Shown here piece by piece: positions 22,468 to 31,635 of a DNA stretch of 64,000 bases; position 1 is the first letter of the stretch, and every line of letters begins with the position of its first letter. Source of the DNA: an uncultured bacterium (GTDB lineage Bacteria; Verrucomicrobiota; Verrucomicrobiia; Limisphaerales; UBA8199); the NCBI GenBank assembly GCA_963749495.1, contig CAVVMW010000001.1:736001-800000 (forward strand), read 5' to 3'. A model generated the notes under the pieces. That model ran no database searches. It was not told the origin of the DNA and worked only from the letters and a program-made list of their open reading frames with translations. Made by a program: the position numbers and the translations under genes.

Positions 22468-23467
22468 GGGTCCAGAGCCAGTGGTTCATCATTTCGGCGT
22501 TCGTTTTGTCGGTCCAATGCTTGAAGAGGGGCGCGGCGTTGCCCAGGGGCCGGCGCTGGAAGGCGGGATGGATTTCCAGCGTGAACGAGAGCGGGGCGGG
22601 CGCGATGGACTCAAAGGCCCGGGCGACGATGCGGGCCAGGCCCTCGGGACCAAAGAGGAGGGGCGCTGAGCGGCGTCCTCGAAACTCGAAGGGCAACGGA
22701 ATGTCGGCCAGGAAGCTCAGGTGATCGGAGACCCCAAAGGGGCTGACCGTCGAGAGCGGGTGGCCGTCGTGCAGATGAAAATGCACCGCCTTGCCAAGGC
22801 GGCCAATGACCGCGATGAGGTCCAGGACGGCCGGGAGCGCGGAGCGGACGGCGCGCTCCACCTCGGGCATGAGTTTGGGCAGGGCAGGGGGCTGGGACTT
22901 GAGCGAACAGACGTCCTGGCCGCGATGGCTCAGCGCGTAGGTCTGCCTGGCCTTCCAGATGCCGACGTGGCCCACATTGATGCAGGCGCCCAGACGGCCC
23001 AGGTCACGGATGGCGGCATGGAACCGCGCGAAGAACTCCGGCTCCAACCCGGCGGCGTTTTCAATGAAAAGCATGGGACCGGCGCCGGCCTGTTCCAGGG
23101 CCTCTTCCATTTGCCAGGCCCCATCGAGATAGGCCTGCGGGCGTTGCTCGAGGTCGGCGTGGTCGTGGAGGACCATGCCGGAAATGCGCCCTGCCAGGCG
23201 CGCGGCAAACTCGACGATGCGCCGGCGGCTGCCCGCCTCGGCCAGGTTCAGTTCGCGTGGCAGGTGGACCACCACGGGGGCCTCTGGGCCGGGCCGGAAT
23301 CGAAGCGCCTGCTCCAATTGCTCGGGTGTGGGGGCGTGCATCTCCGCGCCCAATCCTGCCTGCCGGAAACGCAGCCGGGCCAGTTCCATCAGGCTGTCGT
23401 CGCCTTCGATGCGCTTTTCGAAGAGACCGAGCAACTCGGCGCGGCAGGCGTGCGGACGAGGCTTCAC
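22406..23467 (-). CDS. Metal-binding TIM-barrel protein (xylose isomerase-like/AP endonuclease 2 superfamily)
   Basis: [38 protein letters not shown]; start codon uncertain. Confidence 0.75.
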   Translation of the reverse strand: MKPRPHACRAELLGLFEKRIEGDDSLMELARLRFRQAGLGAEMHAPTPEQLEQALRFRPGPEAPVVVHLPRELNLAEAGSRRRIVEFAARLAGRISGMVLHDHADLEQRPQAYLDGAWQMEEALEQAGAGPMLFIENAAGLEPEFFARFHAAIRDLGRLGACINVGHVGIWKARQTYALSHRGQDVCSLKSQPPALPKLMPEVERAVRSALPAVLDLIAVIGRLGKAVHFHLHDGHPLSTVSPFGVSDHLSFLADIPLPFEFRGRRSAPLLFGPEGLARIVARAFESIAPAPLSFTLEIHPAFQRRPLGNAAPLFKHWTDKTNAEMMNHWLWTLTSNHALLRRHARCAGALAR

Positions 23468-23619
23468 GGAGGGCCTCCGCCGAACCGGACGTTCTTTGAG
23501 GGTATGGACGGTAAAGCGGCGGGATGCGCCGCACTCCAGGCGCTTCGCGTTTCACAGTTCACGTTTCACGTTTCACGTTTCACGTTTCACGTTTCGCCGG
23601 TCCATGGAAAGTTCCCTGG

Positions 23620-26600
23620 TCAATGCCTCAGCCCCTGCTGTGCCCGGGCCTGGACCAGGTAGATGTCCCGGGCGAGCACGGCGCCCTCGACGTCCTGGGG
23701 GGCTCCGAAGGCCTCCTCGACGCGGCGCGCGATGACCGCCAAACGCCCGCCCAGGTCCCTTCGCGCCTCCGTGTCGCAGGACAATGAGACGCGCGAATAA
23801 TCCACGGTCTGGCGCCAGACGCCGGAGGGTCGAGGGTCGAGGGTCGAGGGAAGGGACCTCCGTCCCTCGTCCCTCGTCCCTCGCCCCTCGCCCCTCGTCT
23901 CTCGCCCCTCGCCCCTCGCCCCTCGACCCTCCTGTCCGGTTCGGAGTGCCTGGCTGAAGTTGGCGAAGGCAAGGGTGCGAACTTGTCCGGAGTGTTTGTT
24001 GCACACCAGGCGGTAGGGATTGCCGGGCATCGCGCCCGAGACGAGGGTCTGGCCCAGGCCGACCGCCAGCTCGGCATAGACCTCGCGCGAGTTGCCGTCG
24101 AGCGGATTGACCGTGTGCAGGACGAATGAGAAGTCCGGGTCGAGCAGCAACTGGATCAACACAGCCATCCGGACCTGGTCGTGCGGGACGCCGCCCTGCT
24201 TGCGGCTCGAGGCGGCGCGCTGTGTCCAGAGCGAGGCCCACACGGCCCGGACGGCCGAGGCCACTTGCGCCGGGGGAACATTGGCGATGGATTCATAGAG
24301 GCCAGCGCCCGCCATGTCCGGCAGGTCCTCGCAGTTGGCGCTGGAGCGGACCATAAGGCGGTCCCTCGGGCGAAAGCGGCGGCCGACTTCGATGGCAACC
24401 CCTTGAGGCACGTCGATCCGGCCGATGATCTCGCGCAGGCGCCCGGTTGCCGCGGCGAACTCTTGGGCAGGCATCCGGTCCAGATCCCGGCACAACTGGT
24501 GGTATTCCGCCTCGGCCTGCGGGGCCGCGTGCAGGCCCTGCTCCATCACGCCCAATGGAACCACCAATCCGGGGCTGGTCTTGAAGCCGGCCCCGGGCTG
24601 GCGCGCCAATTCCTCCAGACGGCGGGCGCCTGCCGCCTTGCCCCCGCCCGAGCCCGGCACGAGTTGCTCGAGGGCCACGCACGGCGGCTTGGGGGCCAGC
24701 CGGGCGGGAGGGATGCGCGCCGGTTGGCGCCCGGCCTGGCTGGAGGCGGGGCATTCCGCCGCCGCCCATTCCACCTTCTCGGCAGTGGCCGTCAAGGTAA
24801 TCACTTGCCCTTGAAGGTCTTTGAGGCGGGCCCACTCGGCCGCCTCCTCGCAGCAAACCAGGACGACGCCCCCCTGCCGCGCCCGGACGCCCAGGTGCGA
24901 CAGATGAGGCAAGTCGTGGGCGAGCACGATGCCCCGGACGTTGGCGGGGATTTCCTCATCGCCTTCCGCATGGTCCAGGAGCGCCAGCACGGGCTGGCCC
25001 GAATCCTCGAGCCTGCGGACGGCCCGCAGGCGGCCTGTGGCCCGACCGCTGACCAGCACGTCCCACGGGGGCAACTGCAGCCGGGCGCGCAGGCGGCGCA
25101 AGAGGGCCGCAGCCAGCCTGGAGAGCTGGAAGACAAGATGGCCGCGGATTTCAGCCTCGGCGAAAACGCGGATGGCGTGCTCGGCGACGCCCAGGGCGCA
25201 CCCGAGCCGTTCGGCCTCGGTTGAAAACAACGCGGCGATGCGCCGGCTCTGCTCCTGGGCCAGGCGCAGACTGCGATCCATGGTCGCTTTGAGGCGCAGC
25301 AGCGGCTCGCTCTGGCCGCTATCCAGAGCCTGTCCCAAAAGCTCTGGTTCCGGACCTTTGTCGCAGCCCTTGTCGGTGCCTTTGTCGAAAAAGGGCCAAT
25401 CCGACAAAGGTTTCGACAAAGGCTGCGACAAAGGTCTGCTACTCGCGGGGCTCTTGGGACAGGTTCTATCCAAGTCCGGCCCCCAGGCGCGCAACTCCGA
25501 TTCGATGGCGGCGCATTCCTCGGGTTCGACACTGCTCAGCGCCAGGTTCGCAACCGTCAGCAGGAGCGTCTCCAGCCACAACCGCATCTGCTCCCCGCCG
25601 CCGCCCTCCAGGGCGTTGATCATCCGGCTCAAGAGAGAGAAGGCGAAATCCTCCAGGGCGATGTCGGCGAGCAGGAATGGCTCGGTTTCCTGGCCTGGCT
25701 CGCGCCGGGTGCGGTCCAGGCAGAGGCGGCGCACCCCGCTCAGGGCCCTGAGCGCGCCCAGTTGGCCGGACAGCCCGGCGCCCGCCTTTTGGCTGAGAAA
25801 GGAACGGATCAGCGCGGCTCCATCGGCGCCGGCCTTATCGAGGAGCGCCTCCAACCGCTCGTCCAGGGAATGGGCGTTGAAGAACTCCCGGAGTTCATGG
25901 TGGAAGATCTTGAACTGTTCGACAAAATCAGGCGAGTAATTTGCGCCGGGAGCGGTGATGCGGTCCAGGAGGGCTGTGGCCGTGACGAGGTCCTCGGGCC
26001 CCGCGCAGCGATGGAGCTTGTTTTGGAGGGACTCCTTGATCTCGCGTTTGAGCTCGGAGGGGATGTCGTTCCGGTGGGCGATGTCTCGGATGCGGGTGAG
26101 GGGCTCGGCGCGTTGAAACGGCTGGGCGGTCGAGGGCAGCCATGGATGGATCTTGCGCGCGATGAGGGCCTGCTCGGCGGTGGGCAATCGGGCCAGCCGC
26201 CGCTGGATGTCCAGGGCGATGCGCGCATGATGGGCCGGGCGAAAATGCCGGCCATCCTCGGCGCAACGGACCTGGCCCGTCCCGAGAAACCGCAGATAGA
26301 TCGCCACGTCCACCAGTTGCTCCTTGGACAGCGGGGCGGGCTTCCGGGCCAGGCGCTCGCGCACCCAATCCAGCTTCTCCCGCCAACTGCGGCAGCGCCG
26401 GTCTGCGGCCGCCAGTTCGCCGACGAAGTCCGGCTCACCTTGCCCTGCGGACGCCCCCTCACCCCGGCCCTCTCCCCGTCCGACGGGGAGAGGGAGGAGA
26501 GTCGGCCGACGCTCCGACAACCCTATGCTCTCGGGAATCTCCCTGCCGGCGCCCGGTTCCTCCCTCTCCCCATCCGATGGGGAGAGGGCCGGGGTGAGGG

Positions 26601-27450
26601 GTCCCCCGGGCGCCGGTGACGCGCGAGACGGGGAGGCTTGCGCCGCTGAGGCCGCCTCGTCAAACAATTGCAGGAGGCGGTCGCGGGCGGCGTTCAGGAG
26701 AGAGGGCGGGTGTGGCCATTGCTCGAGGATGATCGAGCCGGAGAAATTGCGGCGGGCCAGGCGCTCCAGGAGGTGGCGCACCCCCGACTCATCGCGCGCG
26801 GCAGGGCCTGTGAAGAGCGGCAAGTGGCTGTCGGCATCACCCCAGTTTTCGTGGAGATGGAGGTGGATGATCGGCAGGCGCGGGTCGAGCCGGTCCAGGA
26901 ACTCGAGGTAGCGGTTGTGCGTCGCCTCGCAGAGATTGGCATGGCCTACGTCCAGGCACATGCCAACCTGGGCGGCGGGCGCGGAGTGTGGCGCGCGCAG
27001 CAACTCGAACAGCTCATTGAACAATTCCGGGGAGTGCTGGGGCGTGTTCTCGATGGCCAGGCAAATCCCCGCTGCCGCCGCGCGCCGGACCAGGGGGAGA
27101 ATGGCCTCGACAAAGGCCGGCGCTCCTTGCTCCGCATAGAGGTGGATGTTCAGCAACTCCGCCCCGAGGTCCCGGGCCAATTCCAGATCCTTCCACAGCC
27201 AGGCCCTGCACTCCGCCTGCAGCGGGTTTGCCTGCCAGCGGGCGTGGACCGACATGCGCACCCCTGCAGCGCGCGCCCGCTCCCGAATCCGCGCCCGCAA
27301 CGGCGCCGCAAGATCCGCCTCGTCCCATCCCGCCGCCTCGCCATGCCGGTCGGGAAACCACTCAAAGGCATCGAACCCGGCCGCCAGGGCGTACTCGAAC
27401 GGGACCAGCGGCGGGGCGGCGAACGATGTCTGGTTGCCGATGTGTATCAT
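23620..27450 (-). CDS. Phosphoglucan, water dikinase (PWD/GWD3)-like protein with N-terminal TIM-barrel domain
   Basis: PLTRIRDIAHRNDIP, QNKLHRCAGPEDL, LPHLSHLGVRARQ, VRSSANCEDL..AGAGLYES, TLAFANFS, VDYS, QDVEG match plant PWD motifs recalled from memory; N-terminal AIEN/CLDVGH/HLHLHEN/DSHLP/ILE. Confidence 0.88.
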   Translation of the reverse strand: MIHIGNQTSFAAPPLVPFEYALAAGFDAFEWFPDRHGEAAGWDEADLAAPLRARIRERARAAGVRMSVHARWQANPLQAECRAWLWKDLELARDLGAELLNIHLYAEQGAPAFVEAILPLVRRAAAAGICLAIENTPQHSPELFNELFELLRAPHSAPAAQVGMCLDVGHANLCEATHNRYLEFLDRLDPRLPIIHLHLHENWGDADSHLPLFTGPAARDESGVRHLLERLARRNFSGSIILEQWPHPPSLLNAARDRLLQLFDEAASAAQASPSRASPAPGGPLTPALSPSDGEREEPGAGREIPESIGLSERRPTLLPLPVGRGEGRGEGASAGQGEPDFVGELAAADRRCRSWREKLDWVRERLARKPAPLSKEQLVDVAIYLRFLGTGQVRCAEDGRHFRPAHHARIALDIQRRLARLPTAEQALIARKIHPWLPSTAQPFQRAEPLTRIRDIAHRNDIPSELKREIKESLQNKLHRCAGPEDLVTATALLDRITAPGANYSPDFVEQFKIFHHELREFFNAHSLDERLEALLDKAGADGAALIRSFLSQKAGAGLSGQLGALRALSGVRRLCLDRTRREPGQETEPFLLADIALEDFAFSLLSRMINALEGGGGEQMRLWLETLLLTVANLALSSVEPEECAAIESELRAWGPDLDRTCPKSPASSRPLSQPLSKPLSDWPFFDKGTDKGCDKGPEPELLGQALDSGQSEPLLRLKATMDRSLRLAQEQSRRIAALFSTEAERLGCALGVAEHAIRVFAEAEIRGHLVFQLSRLAAALLRRLRARLQLPPWDVLVSGRATGRLRAVRRLEDSGQPVLALLDHAEGDEEIPANVRGIVLAHDLPHLSHLGVRARQGGVVLVCCEEAAEWARLKDLQGQVITLTATAEKVEWAAAECPASSQAGRQPARIPPARLAPKPPCVALEQLVPGSGGGKAAGARRLEELARQPGAGFKTSPGLVVPLGVMEQGLHAAPQAEAEYHQLCRDLDRMPAQEFAAATGRLREIIGRIDVPQGVAIEVGRRFRPRDRLMVRSSANCEDLPDMAGAGLYESIANVPPAQVASAVRAVWASLWTQRAASSRKQGGVPHDQVRMAVLIQLLLDPDFSFVLHTVNPLDGNSREVYAELAVGLGQTLVSGAMPGNPYRLVCNKHSGQVRTLAFANFSQALRTGQEGRGARGEGRETRGEGRGTRDEGRRSLPSTLDPRPSGVWRQTVDYSRVSLSCDTEARRDLGGRLAVIARRVEEAFGAPQDVEGAVLARDIYLVQARAQQGLRH
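23824..23932. repeat. Inverted heptamer arrays (GGGTCGA / CCCTCGY) in frame inside the dikinase gene
   Basis: Encodes EGRGARGEGRETRGEGRGTRDEGRRSLPSTLDPRPS; the same unit occurs in the kinase at about 3416-3442. Confidence 0.85.
25326..25466. mobile_element. MITE-like element inserted in frame in the dikinase gene
   Basis: TIR GAGCCTGTCCCAA/TTGGGACAGGTTC; flanking direct repeat TATCCA at 25320-25325 and 25467-25472; element plus one repeat is 147 nt = 49 codons. Confidence 0.8.
26455..26601. repeat. REP palindrome (CCCTCACCCCGGCCCTCTCCC type) in frame in the TIM/PWD linker
   Basis: Inverted arms encoding PLTPALSPSDGERE and LLPLPVGRGEGRGEG; intergenic relative at about 63350-63487. Confidence 0.85.
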
Positions 27451-28916
27451 GCCCCGGCCTTGATGTGGTGGTAGATGTTGATGTAATCCTGGCCCGGGCG
27501 GTTCCAGGAACAATCGTAGCGCATGCCGTTGACCATGAGTTCCCGGAAGTATTTCGGATAGCTAAACCACATGCCGATGGCGCGGTGGAGCGCCGATTCG
27601 AGGCCCTGCCAGTTGTAGTCGTTGAAGACATAGCCGTTGCGCTCGTGGTAGGGCTTGTGGGCGTAATCGGCGTCGAAGACGGTGTCGGCCAGGCCGCCGG
27701 TGTTGCGGACCACGGGGACGGCGCCGTATTTCAAGCCGATGATCTGGGCCAGGCCGCACGGTTCGTATTGGCTGGGGACCAGGAGCAGGTCGGCGCCGGC
27801 GTAGATGAGGTGGGCCAGTTCTTCGTCGTAGCCGATCTCGAGGTGGCAGTCGGGGTGATCGTTGAAGCGTCGTTTGAGGCGCCAGAAGGCCTCGTTGACA
27901 TGGCCATGAGGGCTGGAGCCCAGCAGGACGAACTGGCAGCCGTGGTCCAGGCAGTAAGGCACGGCGTCGAAGATGAGGTCCACGCCCTTCTGGTGGTCCA
28001 GGCGGCCGACGAAGGCGACGATGGGTTGGTAGTCGTGCCGGAGCCACAACCGCTCGCGGAGGGCCTGTTTGTTGGCGTATTTGTCCTGGAGGGTATCAAT
28101 GGAGTAGCGCCTGGGGATATGAGGGTCCGTCTCGGGGTTCCAGACGTTGCAGTCGATGCCGTTCATGACGCCGCCCAACTTCTGGTGGTGGACGTTGAGG
28201 ATGCGCTGGAGGCCCATGCCCAGCGGTGTGGTCTGGATTTCCCGGGCATAAGTGGGGGAGACGGTAGTGACGAAATTGGAATAGACGATGCCGCCCTTCA
28301 TCAGGTTGGCGCAGCCGGGGTAGGAGTCGTCCAGGAGGCGGTCGCGGTTCATGAGCGCGCGCGGGTCCAGCCCCACCTCGCGCAGGACGTGCTCCCCCAG
28401 TTGGCCCTGGTGGCCGACATTGTGGAGCGTGAAGCAAACACGGGGGCGCCTCATGCCCAGGTGCTGGTAGATCTCGTAGAGCAGCACCGGCGCCAGGGCC
28501 GTCTGCCAGTCGTGACAGTGGATCACCTCGGGGTGTTTGTTGGCCTTGAGCATGAACTCGAGGGCCGCCCGGCAGAAAAAGGCGAATCGCTCGCCGTCAC
28601 GGTCCCCGTAGAAATGGCCCCGGTTGAAGAAGTTGTGCTGCGAATGCGCGTCGATGAAGAAGCATTTGACGCCATCGACGAACCCAAAATAAACGTCGCA
28701 ATGGATCCACTGATCGTAAAATGGCACCCAGAGATCCGCATAGGACCTGGTCAACCCGTAGATCCGGTCGTAGCGCATGCAATCGTACTTCGGCAGAATG
28801 ACCTCGACCGCGTGGCCGCGCAGGGCCATCTCCCGCGACAGCCCGTGTACCACGTCGCCCAACCCGCCGACCTTGGCCGCAGGGGCGCACTCCGTAGCTA
28901 CCATGACGATGAACAT
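27447..28916 (-). CDS. glgA: ADP-glucose-type glycogen/starch synthase (GT5), GlgA2/SSIII-IV-like
   Basis: ECAPAAKVGGLGDV, ILPKYDCM, HCHDWQT, KGGIVYSNFVTTVSPTYA, EPCGL, TGGLADTV; stop overlaps the dikinase start (ATGA). Confidence 0.93.
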   Translation of the reverse strand: MFIVMVATECAPAAKVGGLGDVVHGLSREMALRGHAVEVILPKYDCMRYDRIYGLTRSYADLWVPFYDQWIHCDVYFGFVDGVKCFFIDAHSQHNFFNRGHFYGDRDGERFAFFCRAALEFMLKANKHPEVIHCHDWQTALAPVLLYEIYQHLGMRRPRVCFTLHNVGHQGQLGEHVLREVGLDPRALMNRDRLLDDSYPGCANLMKGGIVYSNFVTTVSPTYAREIQTTPLGMGLQRILNVHHQKLGGVMNGIDCNVWNPETDPHIPRRYSIDTLQDKYANKQALRERLWLRHDYQPIVAFVGRLDHQKGVDLIFDAVPYCLDHGCQFVLLGSSPHGHVNEAFWRLKRRFNDHPDCHLEIGYDEELAHLIYAGADLLLVPSQYEPCGLAQIIGLKYGAVPVVRNTGGLADTVFDADYAHKPYHERNGYVFNDYNWQGLESALHRAIGMWFSYPKYFRELMVNGMRYDCSWNRPGQDYINIYHHIKAGA

Positions 28917-29095
28917 AATGTGAGCGTTTATATTGCCAGCAACGACAAGATAGCACCAGTCCCGCCTGAAGGCAGCACACGGCATTTTCTCATTTGCTCA
29001 AAAGGAGGTCTCGTGTTACTGAAACGCCTGGTCGCCACCCCACTGGCGGAATTGGATTGCTTCGCTGCGGGGCGGTCCCATGCTTTGGCTGATCC

Positions 29096-30562
29096 ATGAA
29101 GCAGCAGCAGACAGACCCCGCCGCCGCCACGCTCCACCCCTGGCGGGTGAGCCGGCCCCCATTCCGGGCGCAGCCCCCGGGCGCGCTCGGCAATTGGGAG
29201 TGGGACCTTGCCACGGGCATAATCGCGTGGTCGGATGAGGTCTATCGCATGTTCGGGTTCGATCCGCGGCAATTTCAGCCCACTCATCAGAACTTCCTGT
29301 CGCGCGTTCACCCGGAGGATCAGTCGGTCTTCGAGGGCGCGCTGGAGGATGCCTTGAACGGGCGCCGCCCCTACGCGCTGGAGTTTCGCATCCGGGCGAG
29401 CGATGGGACGGTGCGAGTGGTTCGTTCGCAGGGGGCCGTGATTGCCAACGAGGCGGGCCGGCCCGTGCGCATGTTCGGCACGGCCCAGGATGTGACGCGG
29501 CGCCAATGGGCCGAGGAGGCGCTGCGCACCTCCGAGCAACGGCTGCGCATTCTCTTCGAGTATGCCCCGGACGCCTACGTTCTCTGCGACACCCAAGGCC
29601 GGTTCGTGGATGTCAACCGGGCCGCCGAGGACATCAGTGGCTATGGGCGGGAGGAACTGATCGGCAAGAGTCTCTTCCAGTTGGACTTGCTCTCCCCGGC
29701 AGAGCGCGCCAAGGCCGCCGCGCACGTGGGGCAGTTGAGGCAGGGTCAGGCCGTGGGCCCGCATGAGATCACCTTTCGCCGCAAAGACGGGAGTGGGCGG
29801 ACCGTCGAAATCCGCTGCTACCCGGCGCAGGTCGACGGCCAGGTGCTCGTGCTGGGCATAGCGCGGGATGTCACGGAGCGGCACCGCGCCGAAGAGGCCG
29901 TGCAACAGCTCTCCGCCCAATTGTTGAGCCTGCAAGACGAAGAACGCCGGCGAGTGGCCCGTGAAATCCACGACTCGACCGCGCAGAAGCTGGCGGGTTT
30001 GATGCTGGCGCTGGGGGGCCTGGAGGACGCTGCCGCAGCGCCGGCGTTGCGGAGGCTCGCGGCGGAGGCCCAGGCGCTGGCCGGCGAGTGCGCGCAGGAA
30101 CTGCGGACCCTTTCCCATCTCCTGCACCCGCCCCTGCTGGAGGAACTCGGGTTGGGCGTGGCCCTGGACACTTATGTCACCGGCTTCAGCAAGCGCAGCG
30201 GCATCGAGGTTCTTTTGGATGTGCCTGCGGGCCTGGTCGGACTGCCTGCGGCAGCGGAGTTGGCGCTGTTTCGCATCGTGCAGGAGGGCCTGGGCAACAT
30301 TCTGCGCCACTCGGGCAGCCGCAGCGCCCGGGTGCACCTGACCCAGTTCAAAGAGCGCCTTGTCCTGGAAATCTGCGATGATGGCCGCGGCATCCCCGCC
30401 GAGCGCCTGCGCCAGGTCCGCGAGCACGCGTCCGCCTGCGGCGTGGGCATCGCCGGCATGCAGCAACGCCTCAAACAACTGGGAGGCGAACTGGAAATTG
30501 ATTCGACTCGCGCCGGCGTGACGGTCCGGGCCACCTTGCCTCGCCATGAGCGTGCCGGCTGA
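29096..30562 (+). CDS. Cytoplasmic two-PAS sensor histidine kinase (HisKA_3)
   Basis: GNWEWD..WSDEVYR PAS, second PAS, ERRRVAREIHD, QEGLGNILRHS, DDGRG, GIAGMQQR. Confidence 0.92.
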   Translation: MKQQQTDPAAATLHPWRVSRPPFRAQPPGALGNWEWDLATGIIAWSDEVYRMFGFDPRQFQPTHQNFLSRVHPEDQSVFEGALEDALNGRRPYALEFRIRASDGTVRVVRSQGAVIANEAGRPVRMFGTAQDVTRRQWAEEALRTSEQRLRILFEYAPDAYVLCDTQGRFVDVNRAAEDISGYGREELIGKSLFQLDLLSPAERAKAAAHVGQLRQGQAVGPHEITFRRKDGSGRTVEIRCYPAQVDGQVLVLGIARDVTERHRAEEAVQQLSAQLLSLQDEERRRVAREIHDSTAQKLAGLMLALGGLEDAAAAPALRRLAAEAQALAGECAQELRTLSHLLHPPLLEELGLGVALDTYVTGFSKRSGIEVLLDVPAGLVGLPAAAELALFRIVQEGLGNILRHSGSRSARVHLTQFKERLVLEICDDGRGIPAERLRQVREHASACGVGIAGMQQRLKQLGGELEIDSTRAGVTVRATLPRHERAG

Positions 30563-31214
30563 AACGCTCAGGGTCCTGGTCGCCGATGACCATGCCGTGG
30601 TCCGCGACGGGGTGCGCCGCCTCATCGAGACGCAGCCGGGTTGGCGCGTGGTGGGGGAGGCGGCCACCGGCCGGGAGGCCGTCGCTCTGGCCCAACAACT
30701 GCGGCCGCACGTCGTGGTGCTGGACTTCACCATGCCCGAGCTCAATGGCCTGGAGGCGACACGCCAGATCCGCCGGGCCCTGCCGGAGACCGAGGTGCTG
30801 GTGATGACGGTACACGATTCCGAGAGGCTGGCCCAGCAGTTCCTGGATGCGGGCGCGCGCGGCTACGTGCTCAAGAGCGACGCGCGCAGTCATCTTCTGG
30901 CCGCCCTGCAGGCCATGGCTAAGCACCAAACCTACTTCACGCCCAAAGTCTCCGATCTCATCCTCAGGCGGTTCCTGGAATCCAGGACCGGCGCCGACGC
31001 CCAGGGCCTGCCCTTCGAACATCTCACCTCCCGCGAAAGAGAAGTGCTCCAGCTCGTGGCCGAAGGCCGCACCACCAAGGAAATCGCCGCCATTCTGGGC
31101 CTGAGCGCCAAAACCGTGGAAGTCCATCGCGCCAACCTCATGAGCAAGCTCAATCTCCACTCCGTCGCCGACCTCGTCCGCTATGCCGTGCGGAACCAGA
31201 TCATCGAGCCGTGA
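30546..31214 (+). CDS. NarL/FixJ-family response regulator
   Basis: ADDHAVVRDG, LDFTMP, LTSREREVLQLVAEG LuxR HTH. Confidence 0.95.
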   Translation: MSVPAETLRVLVADDHAVVRDGVRRLIETQPGWRVVGEAATGREAVALAQQLRPHVVVLDFTMPELNGLEATRQIRRALPETEVLVMTVHDSERLAQQFLDAGARGYVLKSDARSHLLAALQAMAKHQTYFTPKVSDLILRRFLESRTGADAQGLPFEHLTSREREVLQLVAEGRTTKEIAAILGLSAKTVEVHRANLMSKLNLHSVADLVRYAVRNQIIEP

Positions 31215-31635
31215 GCCGGGCCTGCTCGAAAAGCCGGGCGGAGGGAAGACTTTGTCGCAACCTTTGTCGAGGCGGCCATTTTCGACAAAGTCGGCCGAGA
31301 GGGTCCGGGATTCGAGCCCTGCGACGCGGCCTGGCTAAGGATTGATCCTGCCGCAGATTACGGGCAAGCACCTATTGCCAGGGGCCCCAATTCCTGCTGA
31401 ACTGGCGCCATGCTGTTAGCCTGGTGGCAGCCCGGCCAGGGCCGGGCAAAGGGCGCTCTCCAGTGAGGGCACCCGCGCCGAGAGGGGCGGACATCACGCT
31501 GTGCGATTGGCAGTGGCAGGCAACCATCCATTGCGCTGCTGAGCGCAATTTTGGCGCATCCGATTGTTACTCATAGTCTGTAGAAGCGCGGAGCGCAGGG
31601 TTTAGGATGAAGCACATAGTCAAGCATTAATCCCT

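Noticed and set aside
23620..27450. Ordinary PEP synthase, PPDK or rifampin phosphotransferase
   Set aside because: Domain order is His domain then nucleotide-binding domain, no pyruvate-binding barrel follows, and PWD-specific central motifs are present
31290..31325. tRNA-like fragment (GGGATTCGAGCCC) as an att site
   Set aside because: Too short, does not match tRNA-Gly, and forms no cloverleaf
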